DNA from: Verrucomicrobiia bacterium
GTDB taxonomy: Bacteria; Verrucomicrobiota; Verrucomicrobiia; Limisphaerales; Palsa-1400
Length of the DNA stretch: 64,000 nucleotides
Assembly (NCBI GenBank): GCA_036501625.1
Contig: DASXZY010000063.1
Location: forward strand, 1,924 to 65,923
Direction: 5' to 3'
The translations under genes were made by a program, and so were the position numbers. How positions within the stretch are numbered: position 1 is the first letter of the stretch; each line of letters begins with the position of its first letter. Shown here one piece after another: positions 1 to 10,329 of this stretch. The notes under the pieces were generated by a model. That model was not told the origin of the DNA. It was given only the letters and a program-made list of their open reading frames with translations, and ran no database searches.

Positions 1-597
1 CTTTCCGCCAGCACGGCCATGCACATGCTCACGCACCGCGCTTCCGTCCGGGAAGGCGATTGGGTCCTGGCCATCGGCGGCGCCAGCGGCGTCGGTTCGG
101 CGGCGATTCAAATTGCCCGCCAACTCGGGGCGCGGGTCATCAGCACCGGTTCCACCGAAGCCAAGCGGCAATTCGCGCTGGGCCTGGGCGCGCATCATGT
201 GGTTGACAGTTCCAAGCCTGGCTGGCCGGGGGACGTGCGCGCGATTACTGGCAAACGCGGGGCGGACGTGATCGTGGAGCACGTGGGCGGGGAAACGCTG
301 GAGCAATGTTTCACCTGTTTGGCCCGCGGCGGAACGATTGTGACATGCGGCGCGACGGCAGGCCGTGAAGTGGAAATGAAACTTTGGTCCTTTTTCGTCA
401 AGGAACAAAAGCTGGTGGGAAGTTATGGGCGCCGCCGCAAGGACATCCAAGCCGTCCTGGATTGGGCCGCGCAAGGCAGGATCAAGCCAGCCGCCACGCA
501 AGCATTCCCTCTGGCCCGCACCGCCGATGCTTTCGCGGCCCTGCGCGCGCGCCAGGTGATGGGCAAAGTGCTCGTCGAACCGGGCCTGCCAAATTAA
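1..597 (+). CDS. Zinc-binding dehydrogenase / quinone oxidoreductase (MDR family), 5' truncated by window edge
   Basis: [14 protein letters not shown] Rossmann motif; [12 protein letters not shown]; C-terminal GKVLV. Frame is open from base 1. Confidence 0.85.
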   Translation, partial: LSASTAMHMLTHRASVREGDWVLAIGGASGVGSAAIQIARQLGARVISTGSTEAKRQFALGLGAHHVVDSSKPGWPGDVRAITGKRGADVIVEHVGGETLEQCFTCLARGGTIVTCGATAGREVEMKLWSFFVKEQKLVGSYGRRRKDIQAVLDWAAQGRIKPAATQAFPLARTADAFAALRARQVMGKVLVEPGLPN

Positions 598-1340
598 TTG
601 CCTGAAGAGGCGTAATTGGTGCGGCCGACAGTCGTGATCGCCCACATATTATACATCGGCCCAAGGTCTGTGAACGCCCGCAACATGCGCGCACTGTTGT
701 CAGCAAAGACATAATCGGAGCCTTCATTATGCATGACCTGGTTCAACTCCGTCCAATCGTTGCCTTCCTGGCCGCTCAATTCCAGCAAGTCCATGTAGTA
801 TTGCGGGGAAGTCGCCTTCTTCTCTCCGAAGATGATCGTCTCGGATGGAAGGTAAATCCTGCCGTCTGGCAGGCCCTGCGGCCAGAGGCCGTTCATGAAA
901 GTCTCAAAGTTCGCGCCGAGCGTTTGGAAGAAATAATCATTGTCACCGTTGATCATGTAGGTTCGTTGAGCATTATCGGCGAGGGCGTTGGTATCCGGGT
1001 CGCCGATAGTCTGGGGTTTGTTGATGGCATCCAGCGGGCACACCAGCATGTTGGGATTCTTGTAGTAGGGAAAAAGCATTTGCGGCCAGCGATTGGTGCC
1101 CAAGCGCGGCGGGAAAAAATCCCTGTTATCCGAAGCATACATGGTGTGGGCGTAGCCAAGCTGCTTCTCATTGTCCAGGCAAGTCATGCGCTGGCCGGCC
1201 TGCTTGGCCATGCCGAGGGAGGGCAGAAGCATGCTGGCCAGGATGGCGATGATGGCAATGACCACCAGCAATTCAATCAAAGTGAAGGCCTGGCTCTGGC
1301 TGGCCTCGCTGCTATTCACCGCGGTCGCGTCCGTCTTCAT
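594..1340 (-). CDS. Prepilin-type N-terminal cleavage/methylation protein, DUF1559-like (H-X9-DG family)
   Basis: QA|[22 protein letters not shown]; C-x-x-N-x-KQ; C-terminal [12 protein letters not shown] (H-X9-DN variant). Stop codon overlaps the stop of the convergent dehydrogenase. Confidence 0.9.
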   Translation of the reverse strand: MKTDATAVNSSEASQSQAFTLIELLVVIAIIAILASMLLPSLGMAKQAGQRMTCLDNEKQLGYAHTMYASDNRDFFPPRLGTNRWPQMLFPYYKNPNMLVCPLDAINKPQTIGDPDTNALADNAQRTYMINGDNDYFFQTLGANFETFMNGLWPQGLPDGRIYLPSETIIFGEKKATSPQYYMDLLELSGQEGNDWTELNQVMHNEGSDYVFADNSARMLRAFTDLGPMYNMWAITTVGRTNYASSGN

Positions 1341-1417
1341 AGTGTGTTGTCAATTATTGGATTAAACTCGAATTAAATCGAATAATTCGCCGCCCATTTT
1401 GGTCATCTTTATGGAAG

Positions 1418-1852
1418 ATGAATAAAAGAACAGTATGGCTTGTCTGCGCGGCGCTGGTTTTGGCCGGCGCCTACATGCGCTATTTTATCGACTGGCACAA
1501 ACGGGCCGAAATTCAAATTTTTTGCGAAAAATCCCGGCGGGCCATTTTGCGCGGAAACGAAAATCCCAACCTGGTTTTTCATTTCGCCAAGGCCTACCCC
1601 GTGACTTCGATCGAAGTTGTGGACGCCGATGATGCCCGCACCAACAAATATCCCCACGCGCTTTGGCACATGGTCGCCGCGAAAGACCCGGTCGCGACAA
1701 CCTCGTTCGCTTACGGCGCGTCCATTCCGGGAATGAAACCGGAAATCGCCACCGCTACGCCGGAGCCGTTGCAGTCGGACACGAGATATTCTCTGGTGGT
1801 TGAGACTTCCAAAAACCAACGAGGCCAGCTTGACTTCGGGGCCGCGCCATAA
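1418..1852 (+). CDS. Hypothetical protein with N-terminal membrane anchor
   Basis: 144 aa ORF, GGAAG upstream of ATG, hydrophobic segment VWLVCAALVLAGAY. Fills the gap between two prepilin-like genes. Confidence 0.75.
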   Translation: MNKRTVWLVCAALVLAGAYMRYFIDWHKRAEIQIFCEKSRRAILRGNENPNLVFHFAKAYPVTSIEVVDADDARTNKYPHALWHMVAAKDPVATTSFAYGASIPGMKPEIATATPEPLQSDTRYSLVVETSKNQRGQLDFGAAP

Positions 1853-1984
1853 ATGCTGTTTGATTGCCGCGCGAAGGCCTTCCGAGGTGTTCGCCGCAAA
1901 TGGCTGGCTGTCTGTGAGTTATAATTCTTGATGCCGCCGTTCGCGAAGAATCCCATGATTCCGCAAAAAATCTCCTGATTTTTA

Positions 1985-2013
1985 TGGACAGGCTGCGCGA
2001 GCCTGCCTATGAT
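1985..2013 (+). promoter_or_regulatory. Putative sigma-70 promoter
   Basis: TGGACA-17 bp-TATGAT, which implies the gene starts at ATG 2036 rather than 2009. Confidence 0.55.
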
Positions 2014-2035
2014 CGGCAGCAAATACGCCGATGTC

Positions 2036-2887
2036 ATGATAAAGAAGCGCGCCGCGCAAAAACAGCGCCCCAAAGGAGCTTTTACACTAATTGAACTGCT
2101 CGTGGTGATTGCGATAATCGCCATTCTGGCGGCCATGCTGCTTCCGGCGCTCTCACACGCCCAGGAGCAAGCCCGGCAGACTCGTTGCAAATCCAATATC
2201 AAGCAACTCGAATTGGGAATTGCGATGTACTTGGACGATTTCAAGGATGTCTATCCTTCATGCGGCTCGCGCAACACCTATGGGTTTCAGCCGGACGATT
2301 GGATTTATTGGCGGGCAGGCTCCGCCACCGCGAACTATCGCGGCGTCCTGGAAACCGTCGATAAAAGCCCGGTCGTCGCCTATCTGGGCACCAGAACCAC
2401 CACCAACATCTTTCGGTGCCCGTCGGATATAAGTGACAGGGACCGCATCTCCATTGTCGGCCTCGGCAACGCCAACGACCCGGGCAACCCGATTTATTGG
2501 TACAGCTACAGCATGTTGTGCATTGGACTCGACGGCAATAATGTCAACGCGGGCCTGACCAGCGTGATGGAGGATGTCGGCGCCGGCGCTCAAATGTTTC
2601 AATTCAAGAACACCGCCGTGCATCGGCCCGTCCAAACCATTTCCTTCGCGGAAGAACCGACCATGCCCGACCATCCCGGCGATGGGCCGCCCGCGATTCA
2701 GGACCCCAATTACAATCAGCCTCCCGCCACGGGCAGCATGATCGACGACGGTCGCTGGACTCCATCCAGCAGCGCCCTGACCACCCGGCATGGCGGCAAC
2801 TGCGACCTCGGCTTTGTCGATGGGCACGTGGCGGTCGGCAATTGGAAATACAGCACGAACGCGCTTTACTTTACTCCAAAAAACTGA
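2036..2887 (+). CDS. Prepilin-type N-terminal cleavage/methylation protein with H-X9-DG C-terminal motif
   Basis: KGA|[24 protein letters not shown]; CKSNIKQ; FRCPSD; [13 protein letters not shown]. Confidence 0.92.
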   Translation: MIKKRAAQKQRPKGAFTLIELLVVIAIIAILAAMLLPALSHAQEQARQTRCKSNIKQLELGIAMYLDDFKDVYPSCGSRNTYGFQPDDWIYWRAGSATANYRGVLETVDKSPVVAYLGTRTTTNIFRCPSDISDRDRISIVGLGNANDPGNPIYWYSYSMLCIGLDGNNVNAGLTSVMEDVGAGAQMFQFKNTAVHRPVQTISFAEEPTMPDHPGDGPPAIQDPNYNQPPATGSMIDDGRWTPSSSALTTRHGGNCDLGFVDGHVAVGNWKYSTNALYFTPKN

Positions 2888-2954
2888 GCAGCCAGCTATT
2901 GTCAAAACGATTTAGTCCCGGAATCGCAACAATTCAACAAGCAGAGCATCAACT

Positions 2955-5900
2955 ATGAGCAAAATTAAATCATGGCCAGTCATTGCCACCGCCGCGGTCC
3001 TGGCGTTTTCTCCCGCCGTCCGCGCGCAGATTGCCTATTTGGACAATCCGACAGCGATTGAGTACAACGGCGCCAGCACGCTCAACGGGGCATCCGTAAC
3101 CGTGTCACCCGGCGCCAGCGTATTGGTGGTGATTTACGGGAGCCGAACGCAGGGAGATTCACCCAGCGCGGACCCTGGCGTTCCGGCGAGCATTCAGTGG
3201 AATGGCAACCCGATGATCAAAGCCGTTGCGCAAGGCGACCTGGGTTCGACTTGGGATGACAACGCGATTTATTACCTCATCAATCCGCCAGCGGGCGCGG
3301 GCCAGCTCACCGGCGTCCTGCCGTCAACCGTCACTCAAAACTGGTGGATGGCCTACACTCTTTCCGGTGTCAATACCAATATTGGCCTTCTGACCGGGAC
3401 AGCCTCCACCACCAGCGGCACCACCATCAACAACACGGTGGCCAATGTTTCTCCCGGTGATTGGGCCGCGGTCGCCACCTCGGACAGCTCCGCCGGCGAA
3501 ACGCTCGTCATCACGACCACGCCCACTGGCCCCGCGGTGCTGACCGCCACTTACGGCTCCAGCGGCAACGCGACCCAGACTATGGGCTCGGTTTCCAACC
3601 TCGCCGCTGGCGGCAACAAATTTATTTCCACCTCATCCGGCGCCGGCGGCACGACTCTGAAAATTACGCTGGCTGAGGCGATTTTCACTCCCTACGTCCC
3701 GCCGCCCCTGGCGCCTTCCTTCGTGAGCGTGACCGCCGGAAATCCCGCGCAGGTTGATCTGTCATGGACGGCCAGCGCGGGGGCATCCACCTACATTCTG
3801 GAGCGCGGCGAGACCAGCGGCGGCCCCTACACCGATGCCACCAACATCCTGTTCGGCACGAGTTTCATTGACTCGAATGTCGTCAGCGGCACGGCCTATT
3901 ATTATATTGTGGCGGCGGCCAACGCTGCCGGCACGAACTTCTCCGGCGAGCAAAGCGCCACGCCGGTCGGATCGCCCTTCGCGCCGGTCCTGGGCGCGGG
4001 AGCTACCGGCGCCAACACCATCACGCTGCACTGGACGGCTTCTTTTGGCGCGACCAATTACATTATCGAGCGCTCGACGGCCAGTGGCGCGGAAACTTCA
4101 TATGCGGCCACCACAAATCATATCTTTGTTGACACCGGCCTGGCCGCCGGAACGGCCTATTATTACGAGATCGAGGCCGCGGGCATCGGAGGGACCAGCG
4201 GTGTGTCAGACGAGTCCAGCGCCCTGGCGCTCGGATCAGACTGGTTTTTGTTCGACAACTTTAGCGAAGACACCGTCAACGCGGCCTTGAACGGCCAGAC
4301 TGGCAGCGCGGGCCTGGGCACCGGTTGGGTCAACCTTGGCGGAGGCGCCCCCATCCTTGTCACCAACAGCAGCACCTTCGGCGGCGCCAATTACGCGCAA
4401 TACACTCCCAGTTCAGCCGCCAATATCGGAGATTACGAAGCTGGGCTGGGCATTCCGGGCAACAGCACTGCCTCCACGGTGTTTCTGGAATTCAGCCTGC
4501 CCGGCATTCAGGACACCATTGGCAACGCCGGGCTTACCACGGCCTCGAACCTCGTGGCCATGAATTTTGACATTGATAACTCCAGCCCGCCCGGAGCTTT
4601 GACAGGCAGTTCCGCCACTGGCCCGAGCGCGCAGTTCAATTATGACAACTCCACGGGCGACGGCTTCTTCCGCGTCAACGGCGCCGGGACCTTTTACTAT
4701 GCGACCATCTCCCCAAATAACACGCCCTACCTGCCGACTCCCGGCGATGTTTATTACTTCTGGTTCGTCCTCAACGCGACCAAGGGCACCTATCAGATTT
4801 ACCTGGCTAACGGCAGCATGACCGGCACGAATTTGGACAGCGGCGGCCTCGGAGCCGCGCCGACGCTCATGTGGGGCGCCACGTCTACCACAGGCAACGG
4901 CTCCGTCATCACCTATGGATTCCGCAACGTCTCTTCGGGCGGCTCCGCCGGGCTGCCTATCAACTATATCGGCACCGGGCCGGGTTCGACGCTCGGAACC
5001 GTCGCGCAAAACGAATTTGCCAACATTTACGTCGATCCGCATTCACAGAACTTGACCAATCCCGTCACCGGACTGGCGGCTGTCGGCACTCCGGAAATCT
5101 TTACGCAGCCGCAACCGGTGCAGGTTTACGCGGGCGCGTCCGCGACATTCACAGTCTTCGCTTCGGCTGGAGTCGGTTTTCAATGGCAGAGCAACGGAGT
5201 CAACCTGGCCGATGTCGGGACTGTCTCCGGCTCGGCTGCCAGCTCGCTGACCATCAGCAACGTGACCGCCGCCGACCAGGCCAATTACACTTGCATTGTT
5301 GACAATCCGGCCAGCGCCGCCTTTGCCGCCACCACGCCGGCCTCGCTGACCGTGGTCACTCCCAACGGGTCCTACGAAACAGCCGTCGCGGCCGCGGGCG
5401 CCAGCCACTATTACGCGTTCAATGACCAGAATAGCACCCCGAGCGGCACGGCGGCCGCTTACGATTTCGCGGGCGGGGATAACGGAGTTTACGGCGCCAA
5501 TGTCGCGAACGGCCCGGACGGAATCACTGGGCCAACTCTCGCGGATGGCTTTATTGGATTCTCCGCCACCAACTTCGCGGCTTCTTTCGTCAGCGCCTTT
5601 GAGCCGGATAACGTTACGATCGAGTCGGCCTGGAACCTGGAGACCAACGCGGTTACCATCACCGCTTGGATTAATCCGACCACGAGCACTGAAGCCAATT
5701 CAACTGCCATTGTGATGAATCGCGGCTCCGGGAACGACGTCGAGGGCCTCATTTTCAACACCAGCGGCCATTTCACGCTCGGCTATGAGTGGAACAATGA
5801 CGCCAACACGGCCAGTTGGGACTCCGGCCTGGTGCCGCCGCCAGACCAATGGTCATTCGTCTCCCTGGTTGTCACTCCCGTCGATGCGACCATCAGCATG

Positions 5901-8795
5901 ATGACCACCAACGGGGTGTTGTCGAGCACGCACACGTATCCGCATCCGGTGGAGCCTTTCGCCGGCACGACCATGATCGGAGATGACCCGGGCAGCGCGG
6001 TCGGCCTCCTGACCTTCAATGGGACGATTGATGAAGTGGGCATTTTCAATCAGGCGCTCAGCCAAACAGCCTTGCAAACCTTCTTCACCGATGCCTCCGG
6101 CCTGGCCAATTTTCCGGCGACCAACTCCGTCACGCTCGTGACGCCCGAGCCGGCTTATCCGGGGCAAACCGCGCAATTCTCCTCCGTCTATGGAGGCTCC
6201 GGCGCGATGACGTTCACCTGGCAGATCAACGGCGCGAATGTCTCTGACGGAGCCAGCAGCGTGGGCACGATCATCGGCTCCGCGACGCCGAATTTGATCA
6301 TCTCGAATCTGGCCTCCGCCGACGCCGGCCAGTCTTTCAACGCAACCCTCGTCACCAGCAACGCCTTCGGCGTCTGGACAAGCACTGTGCCGGCCATCCT
6401 GGCCGTTTCAGCGGCCTCTCCGCCTCAATCCATTGTTACGACCGGCATGGAGGCCGGCACTGGTGATTGGAACACCGGCACAAGTTGGAGCGACGGTTTG
6501 CCGGCCTCGGCATCCGTTTTCGCGGCGCCCGGCAGCGCTTATTTCATCGCGCCGGCCACTTTGGAGCGCTCGCCCGCCACCACCAACGCGGCCTTCCCCG
6601 GCGACACGCTGGTCCTTCAAGGCGATGGAAATCTTCTTGACGGCAACGCTTCGTCGTTCGCCACGGAAACGACGACCGGCGAATTGCGCTTGAAGCAATC
6701 TGGAGCCAACACCACCAACCTCTATGGCACGATCTATACATTGGGTGGAAACATCACCTTCCCTGACTTGCAACTGGCCGGCGGGCAAATCGACAATGGC
6801 AACTCGAGCGTCGTCAACCTTTACGGCCAGATTGATGTGCTGTCCAACTCGGCCTTTTATGCCGACAGCGCCGCCGCCGCGAGCATCCGCTCGTTCGTGA
6901 TCAACGCCTTGCTGACCGGCTCTGGCACTGTCACTTATAACTATTTGGGCACTCTTCCCGCCAACAACGATCTCGTCATTTCCGGCGCGAACAACACGTT
7001 CTCCGGCCAATGGAACATCGTGTCGGGCGGCCTGGTCGGAAATGCGCCCAACAGCCTGGGCACAAACTCGATCACCGTCGGCGGCAACGGAGCGCTGGAA
7101 ACGACCTACGACCTCAACATTCCGAACGCAAACTTGGTCCTGAACGGCCAAATGTATCTCTACACGGATGATACGGTGTTCGGGCTGGTCATCGACGGCT
7201 TCATCGTTCCGCCGGGCGCCTACACCTTCGCCCAACTCAACGCCAGTTACCCCTCGACCTTCCCCGCCGCCTGGCCGGTGCAATTGGGATCAACAACCGG
7301 CGCCAATACCGGCGCGGGCAGCATTACTGTTTTGGCGGAGCTGCCGCCGATCTTCTCGCAACAGCCAACTTCGCTCTCGCTCTATCCGGGCCAGACCGCG
7401 CAGTTTGTCGCCATCTCCACGGTTGCGACCAATTATCAATGGTGGTTCACCAACGCAAATAACGTCGCCGTCAAACTGTCCGATGGAAACGGCATCTCGG
7501 GTTCCGCCACCGAAGTTTTGACCATCACCAATGTCTCGGACGCCAACGCCGGAACTTATGTTCTCGTGGCAGCAAATGCGGGCGGCCCGGCGGCGAGCGC
7601 CGCCGCGACATTGACGATCCTGACGACCTCTCCAGACCAGATCATTGCCACGTTGGAAATGGAGGCGGCAGGCACTGATTGGAATACCGCCGCCAGTTGG
7701 AGCGACGGCTTGGCCGCTTCGGTGTCCGTTTACGCGGAACCGGGCAGCGCCTATTACATTACTCCGGGCACGCTCGAACGCACGCCGACGGTTCCCGTTT
7801 CCGCGTTCCCCGGCAACACGCTGGTCATTCAGGGCGATGGAAATCTTATTGACGGCAACTCCGCCGCGTTCCCCCTCGAGGTAACGACCGGCGAACTGCG
7901 GTTGAAGGAGTCGGGAACCACGCTGGCCACCAACTTCGGCACGGCCTATGTCCAGGGCGGCTCCGTCACCTTCCCTGATTTGCAACTGGCCGGCGGTCAA
8001 ATCGACAACGGCAACGCCAGCGAGGTCGCGCTAAACGGCGAGATCGACGTGCTGAACAATTCGTCCATTTATAGCGACAGCGCCGCGAATGGTTCGATCC
8101 GCTCGATTGAAATCAACGCTCTGCTCACCGGGAGCGGAACGCTGACCTTTGCCTACCTGTCAAGCAATTCGATCAACAACGACCTCGTTATCGCCGGGGC
8201 CGCCAACACCTTCTCCGGCCAATGGAACATCGTGCAAGGCGGGCTGCTGGGGAGCGCGCCCAATTCGCTCGGCACCAATTCCATCAACATCTCCACCAAC
8301 GCCATGCTGGAGACAACTTACAATTACACCAGTACAAACGGCACGCTGACCCTGGTGGGCCAGATGTACCTCCACACCGCGGACACCTTCTTCGCGGTCA
8401 CAGTGAATGGAACCAGCCTCTCGCCGGGCACTTACAGTTTTGCCCAGCTTAACAGCGCCTATCCCAGCAACTTCCCGGCGAGCTGGCCGGTGCAACTGGG
8501 TTCCTCCACTGGCGCGGGCTCCGGCAGCCTCACGGTCTTGACGGGCCCGGCCGCCGCCGCGCAAGCCGCCTCCTTCGGCGGAATCCGTTTCTCTGGAACC
8601 ACGCTGACGGTTTCCGGCAGCAATGGCGCGCCCTTCGGCACATTCCACTTGTTGACAACGACCAACCTGGCGATCCCGGTGAAGAGCTGGACCGTCCTCA
8701 CGAATGGATCGTATGACGCAAGCGGGAATTTCTCCCTCACCATTCCCGAAACTCCCGGCGATTCCCATCAGTTCTACTCCGTGGAATCGCCTTAG
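2955..8795 (+). CDS. Giant secreted multidomain protein (signal peptide, 2x FN3, Ig-like domains, LamG-like domain, duplicated ~300 aa module, C-terminal beta domain)
   Basis: Signal peptide ending AVRA. FN3: LSWTAS...YYYIVAAAN (twice). Ig: IFTQPQP...FQWQ...YTCIV. LamG: TITAWINP...FNGTIDEVGIFNQALS. Thr/Gly/Ala/Ser/Asn-rich. Confidence 0.9.
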   Translation: MSKIKSWPVIATAAVLAFSPAVRAQIAYLDNPTAIEYNGASTLNGASVTVSPGASVLVVIYGSRTQGDSPSADPGVPASIQWNGNPMIKAVAQGDLGSTWDDNAIYYLINPPAGAGQLTGVLPSTVTQNWWMAYTLSGVNTNIGLLTGTASTTSGTTINNTVANVSPGDWAAVATSDSSAGETLVITTTPTGPAVLTATYGSSGNATQTMGSVSNLAAGGNKFISTSSGAGGTTLKITLAEAIFTPYVPPPLAPSFVSVTAGNPAQVDLSWTASAGASTYILERGETSGGPYTDATNILFGTSFIDSNVVSGTAYYYIVAAANAAGTNFSGEQSATPVGSPFAPVLGAGATGANTITLHWTASFGATNYIIERSTASGAETSYAATTNHIFVDTGLAAGTAYYYEIEAAGIGGTSGVSDESSALALGSDWFLFDNFSEDTVNAALNGQTGSAGLGTGWVNLGGGAPILVTNSSTFGGANYAQYTPSSAANIGDYEAGLGIPGNSTASTVFLEFSLPGIQDTIGNAGLTTASNLVAMNFDIDNSSPPGALTGSSATGPSAQFNYDNSTGDGFFRVNGAGTFYYATISPNNTPYLPTPGDVYYFWFVLNATKGTYQIYLANGSMTGTNLDSGGLGAAPTLMWGATSTTGNGSVITYGFRNVSSGGSAGLPINYIGTGPGSTLGTVAQNEFANIYVDPHSQNLTNPVTGLAAVGTPEIFTQPQPVQVYAGASATFTVFASAGVGFQWQSNGVNLADVGTVSGSAASSLTISNVTAADQANYTCIVDNPASAAFAATTPASLTVVTPNGSYETAVAAAGASHYYAFNDQNSTPSGTAAAYDFAGGDNGVYGANVANGPDGITGPTLADGFIGFSATNFAASFVSAFEPDNVTIESAWNLETNAVTITAWINPTTSTEANSTAIVMNRGSGNDVEGLIFNTSGHFTLGYEWNNDANTASWDSGLVPPPDQWSFVSLVVTPVDATISMMTTNGVLSSTHTYPHPVEPFAGTTMIGDDPGSAVGLLTFNGTIDEVGIFNQALSQTALQTFFTDASGLANFPATNSVTLVTPEPAYPGQTAQFSSVYGGSGAMTFTWQINGANVSDGASSVGTIIGSATPNLIISNLASADAGQSFNATLVTSNAFGVWTSTVPAILAVSAASPPQSIVTTGMEAGTGDWNTGTSWSDGLPASASVFAAPGSAYFIAPATLERSPATTNAAFPGDTLVLQGDGNLLDGNASSFATETTTGELRLKQSGANTTNLYGTIYTLGGNITFPDLQLAGGQIDNGNSSVVNLYGQIDVLSNSAFYADSAAAASIRSFVINALLTGSGTVTYNYLGTLPANNDLVISGANNTFSGQWNIVSGGLVGNAPNSLGTNSITVGGNGALETTYDLNIPNANLVLNGQMYLYTDDTVFGLVIDGFIVPPGAYTFAQLNASYPSTFPAAWPVQLGSTTGANTGAGSITVLAELPPIFSQQPTSLSLYPGQTAQFVAISTVATNYQWWFTNANNVAVKLSDGNGISGSATEVLTITNVSDANAGTYVLVAANAGGPAASAAATLTILTTSPDQIIATLEMEAAGTDWNTAASWSDGLAASVSVYAEPGSAYYITPGTLERTPTVPVSAFPGNTLVIQGDGNLIDGNSAAFPLEVTTGELRLKESGTTLATNFGTAYVQGGSVTFPDLQLAGGQIDNGNASEVALNGEIDVLNNSSIYSDSAANGSIRSIEINALLTGSGTLTFAYLSSNSINNDLVIAGAANTFSGQWNIVQGGLLGSAPNSLGTNSINISTNAMLETTYNYTSTNGTLTLVGQMYLHTADTFFAVTVNGTSLSPGTYSFAQLNSAYPSNFPASWPVQLGSSTGAGSGSLTVLTGPAAAAQAASFGGIRFSGTTLTVSGSNGAPFGTFHLLTTTNLAIPVKSWTVLTNGSYDASGNFSLTIPETPGDSHQFYSVESP
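6426..8540 (+). repeat. Internal duplication in the giant protein (copies ~6426-7334 and ~7638-8540)
   Basis: Shared blocks DWNT..SWSDGL, QGDGNL.DGN, TTGELRLK, TFPDLQLAGGQIDNGN, NTFSGQWNI, LETTY, FAQLN..YP..FPA.WPVQLGS. Identical DNA stretches such as ACCTTCCCTGA(C/T)TTGCAACTGGCCGGCGG. Confidence 0.95.
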
Positions 8796-8820
8796 TACCG
8801 AATATTCCCAAAACGATAAT

Positions 8821-8857
8821 GCTCGGCTGGAGCGGGGCTTCAGCCGAGCCGGGTTTT
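8821..8857 (+). terminator. Hairpin, probable intrinsic terminator between convergent genes
   Basis: Stem GCTCGGCTGGAGC / GCTTCAGCCGAGC followed by CGGGTTTT. Confidence 0.55.
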
Positions 8858-8870
8858 ACACTATTCGTTA

Positions 8871-10316
8871 TTAAGCGATGATGCCCTGGGCGACTTCGCC
8901 TGAAACATCTGTCAATCGAAAGTCGCGTCCCTGGCAGCGGTAGGTCAGCCGTTTGTGGTCGATGCCGCACAGGCGCAGCATGGTGGCGTGCAGGTCGTGG
9001 ACGTGCATTTGCTGGCCGTCCTCGATGTACTTGTAGCCCAATTCATCCGTCTGGCCCCAGGACATGCCGGGCTTGATGCCGCCGCCGGCCATCCAAAGCG
9101 AGAAGGCGTTGATGTGGTGATCGCGCCCGCTGCCCTGCCCCATCGGCGTGCGGCCAAATTCCCCTCCCCAAATCACCAGCGTGTCCTCCAGCATCCCGCG
9201 CTGCTTGAGGTCCTTGATCAGCGCCGCTGAGGCTTGATCGACTTCCCGCGCCGAAATGGCCATTTGATTGGCGATGTCGCCGTGGTGGTCCCATGAGCGG
9301 TGGTAAAGTTGGATGAACCGGACGCCCCGCTCCGCCAGCCGGCGGGCCAGCAGGCAATTGGAAGCAAAACTTCCGTCGCCCGGATGCTGAACGCCGTAGA
9401 AGTCGAGCATGGACTTGGGTTCCTGGGAAAAATCGGCCAATTCCGGCACGGACACCTGCATGCGGAAAGCCAATTCGTATTGACTGATGCGCGTCTGGAT
9501 TTCCGGGTCGAAATGGTCCTGGGCCAGAAAGCCGTTGAGGCGGTTGACCTCCTCAATTACCTGGCGCTGGGCGCTTTGGCAGACGCCTTCAGGATTGCCG
9601 ACATAGTGGACGGGCGCGCCCGTGGATTGGAACTGGACGCCCTGGAATTCGCTGGGCAAAAATCCGCTGGACCACTGCCGGGCCGAAACCGGCTGCACGC
9701 CCCCGCCCCCGCCTTTCGATGTCAAAACGACAAATCCCGGCAGGCTTTCCGTCTCCGCGCCCAACCCGTAGAGCAGCCAGGAACCCATGCTGGGGCGGCC
9801 TTTGATCGATGTGCCGGCATTCATGAAGGCGTGGGCCGGATCGTGGTTGATCTGCTCGGTGTGCATGGAGCGCACGATGCATAACTCGTCCGCGATGCCG
9901 CCGATGCTGGGAAAGAGCGCCGAAATTTCCTGGCCGGATTGGCCCCACTTTTTGAATTCGCACGCCGGGGCCATGGCCTTGAGGGTGGCGCCCTGCAATT
10001 GCGCCAATTGCTGGCCTTTGGTGAACGAATCGGGAAACGGCTGGCCGTTGATTTTCTTTAGCGCCGGTTTGTAATCGAGGCTTTCCAAATGCGAGGGGCC
10101 GCCCGCCATGCAGAGATGAATGACGCGACGGGCGCGCGCAGGAAAATGGGTCGGATTGACCACCCCGCGCCATTTTTCCGAGCCAGCCGCGGCGGCGGCA
10201 GCCTTGAGCGGATTGAGCAGCGAGGCCAGGGCCAGGCCGCCCAAACCGTAGGCGCCGCGGCTGAGAAAAGTCCGGCGGTTGAGGCCTTGGGCAAAACGGT
10301 TGAACTCTGTTTTCAT
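8871..10316 (-). CDS. DUF1501 domain protein (Tat-type N-terminus)
   Basis: NRRTFL twin-arginine motif; GGPSHLES; CLLARRLAERGVRFIQLYH..WDHH; WGGEFGRTP; GRDHH; HVHDLHAT. Confidence 0.92.
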   Translation of the reverse strand: MKTEFNRFAQGLNRRTFLSRGAYGLGGLALASLLNPLKAAAAAAGSEKWRGVVNPTHFPARARRVIHLCMAGGPSHLESLDYKPALKKINGQPFPDSFTKGQQLAQLQGATLKAMAPACEFKKWGQSGQEISALFPSIGGIADELCIVRSMHTEQINHDPAHAFMNAGTSIKGRPSMGSWLLYGLGAETESLPGFVVLTSKGGGGGVQPVSARQWSSGFLPSEFQGVQFQSTGAPVHYVGNPEGVCQSAQRQVIEEVNRLNGFLAQDHFDPEIQTRISQYELAFRMQVSVPELADFSQEPKSMLDFYGVQHPGDGSFASNCLLARRLAERGVRFIQLYHRSWDHHGDIANQMAISAREVDQASAALIKDLKQRGMLEDTLVIWGGEFGRTPMGQGSGRDHHINAFSLWMAGGGIKPGMSWGQTDELGYKYIEDGQQMHVHDLHATMLRLCGIDHKRLTYRCQGRDFRLTDVSGEVAQGIIA

Positions 10317-10329
10317 CGGATTCTCTTTC

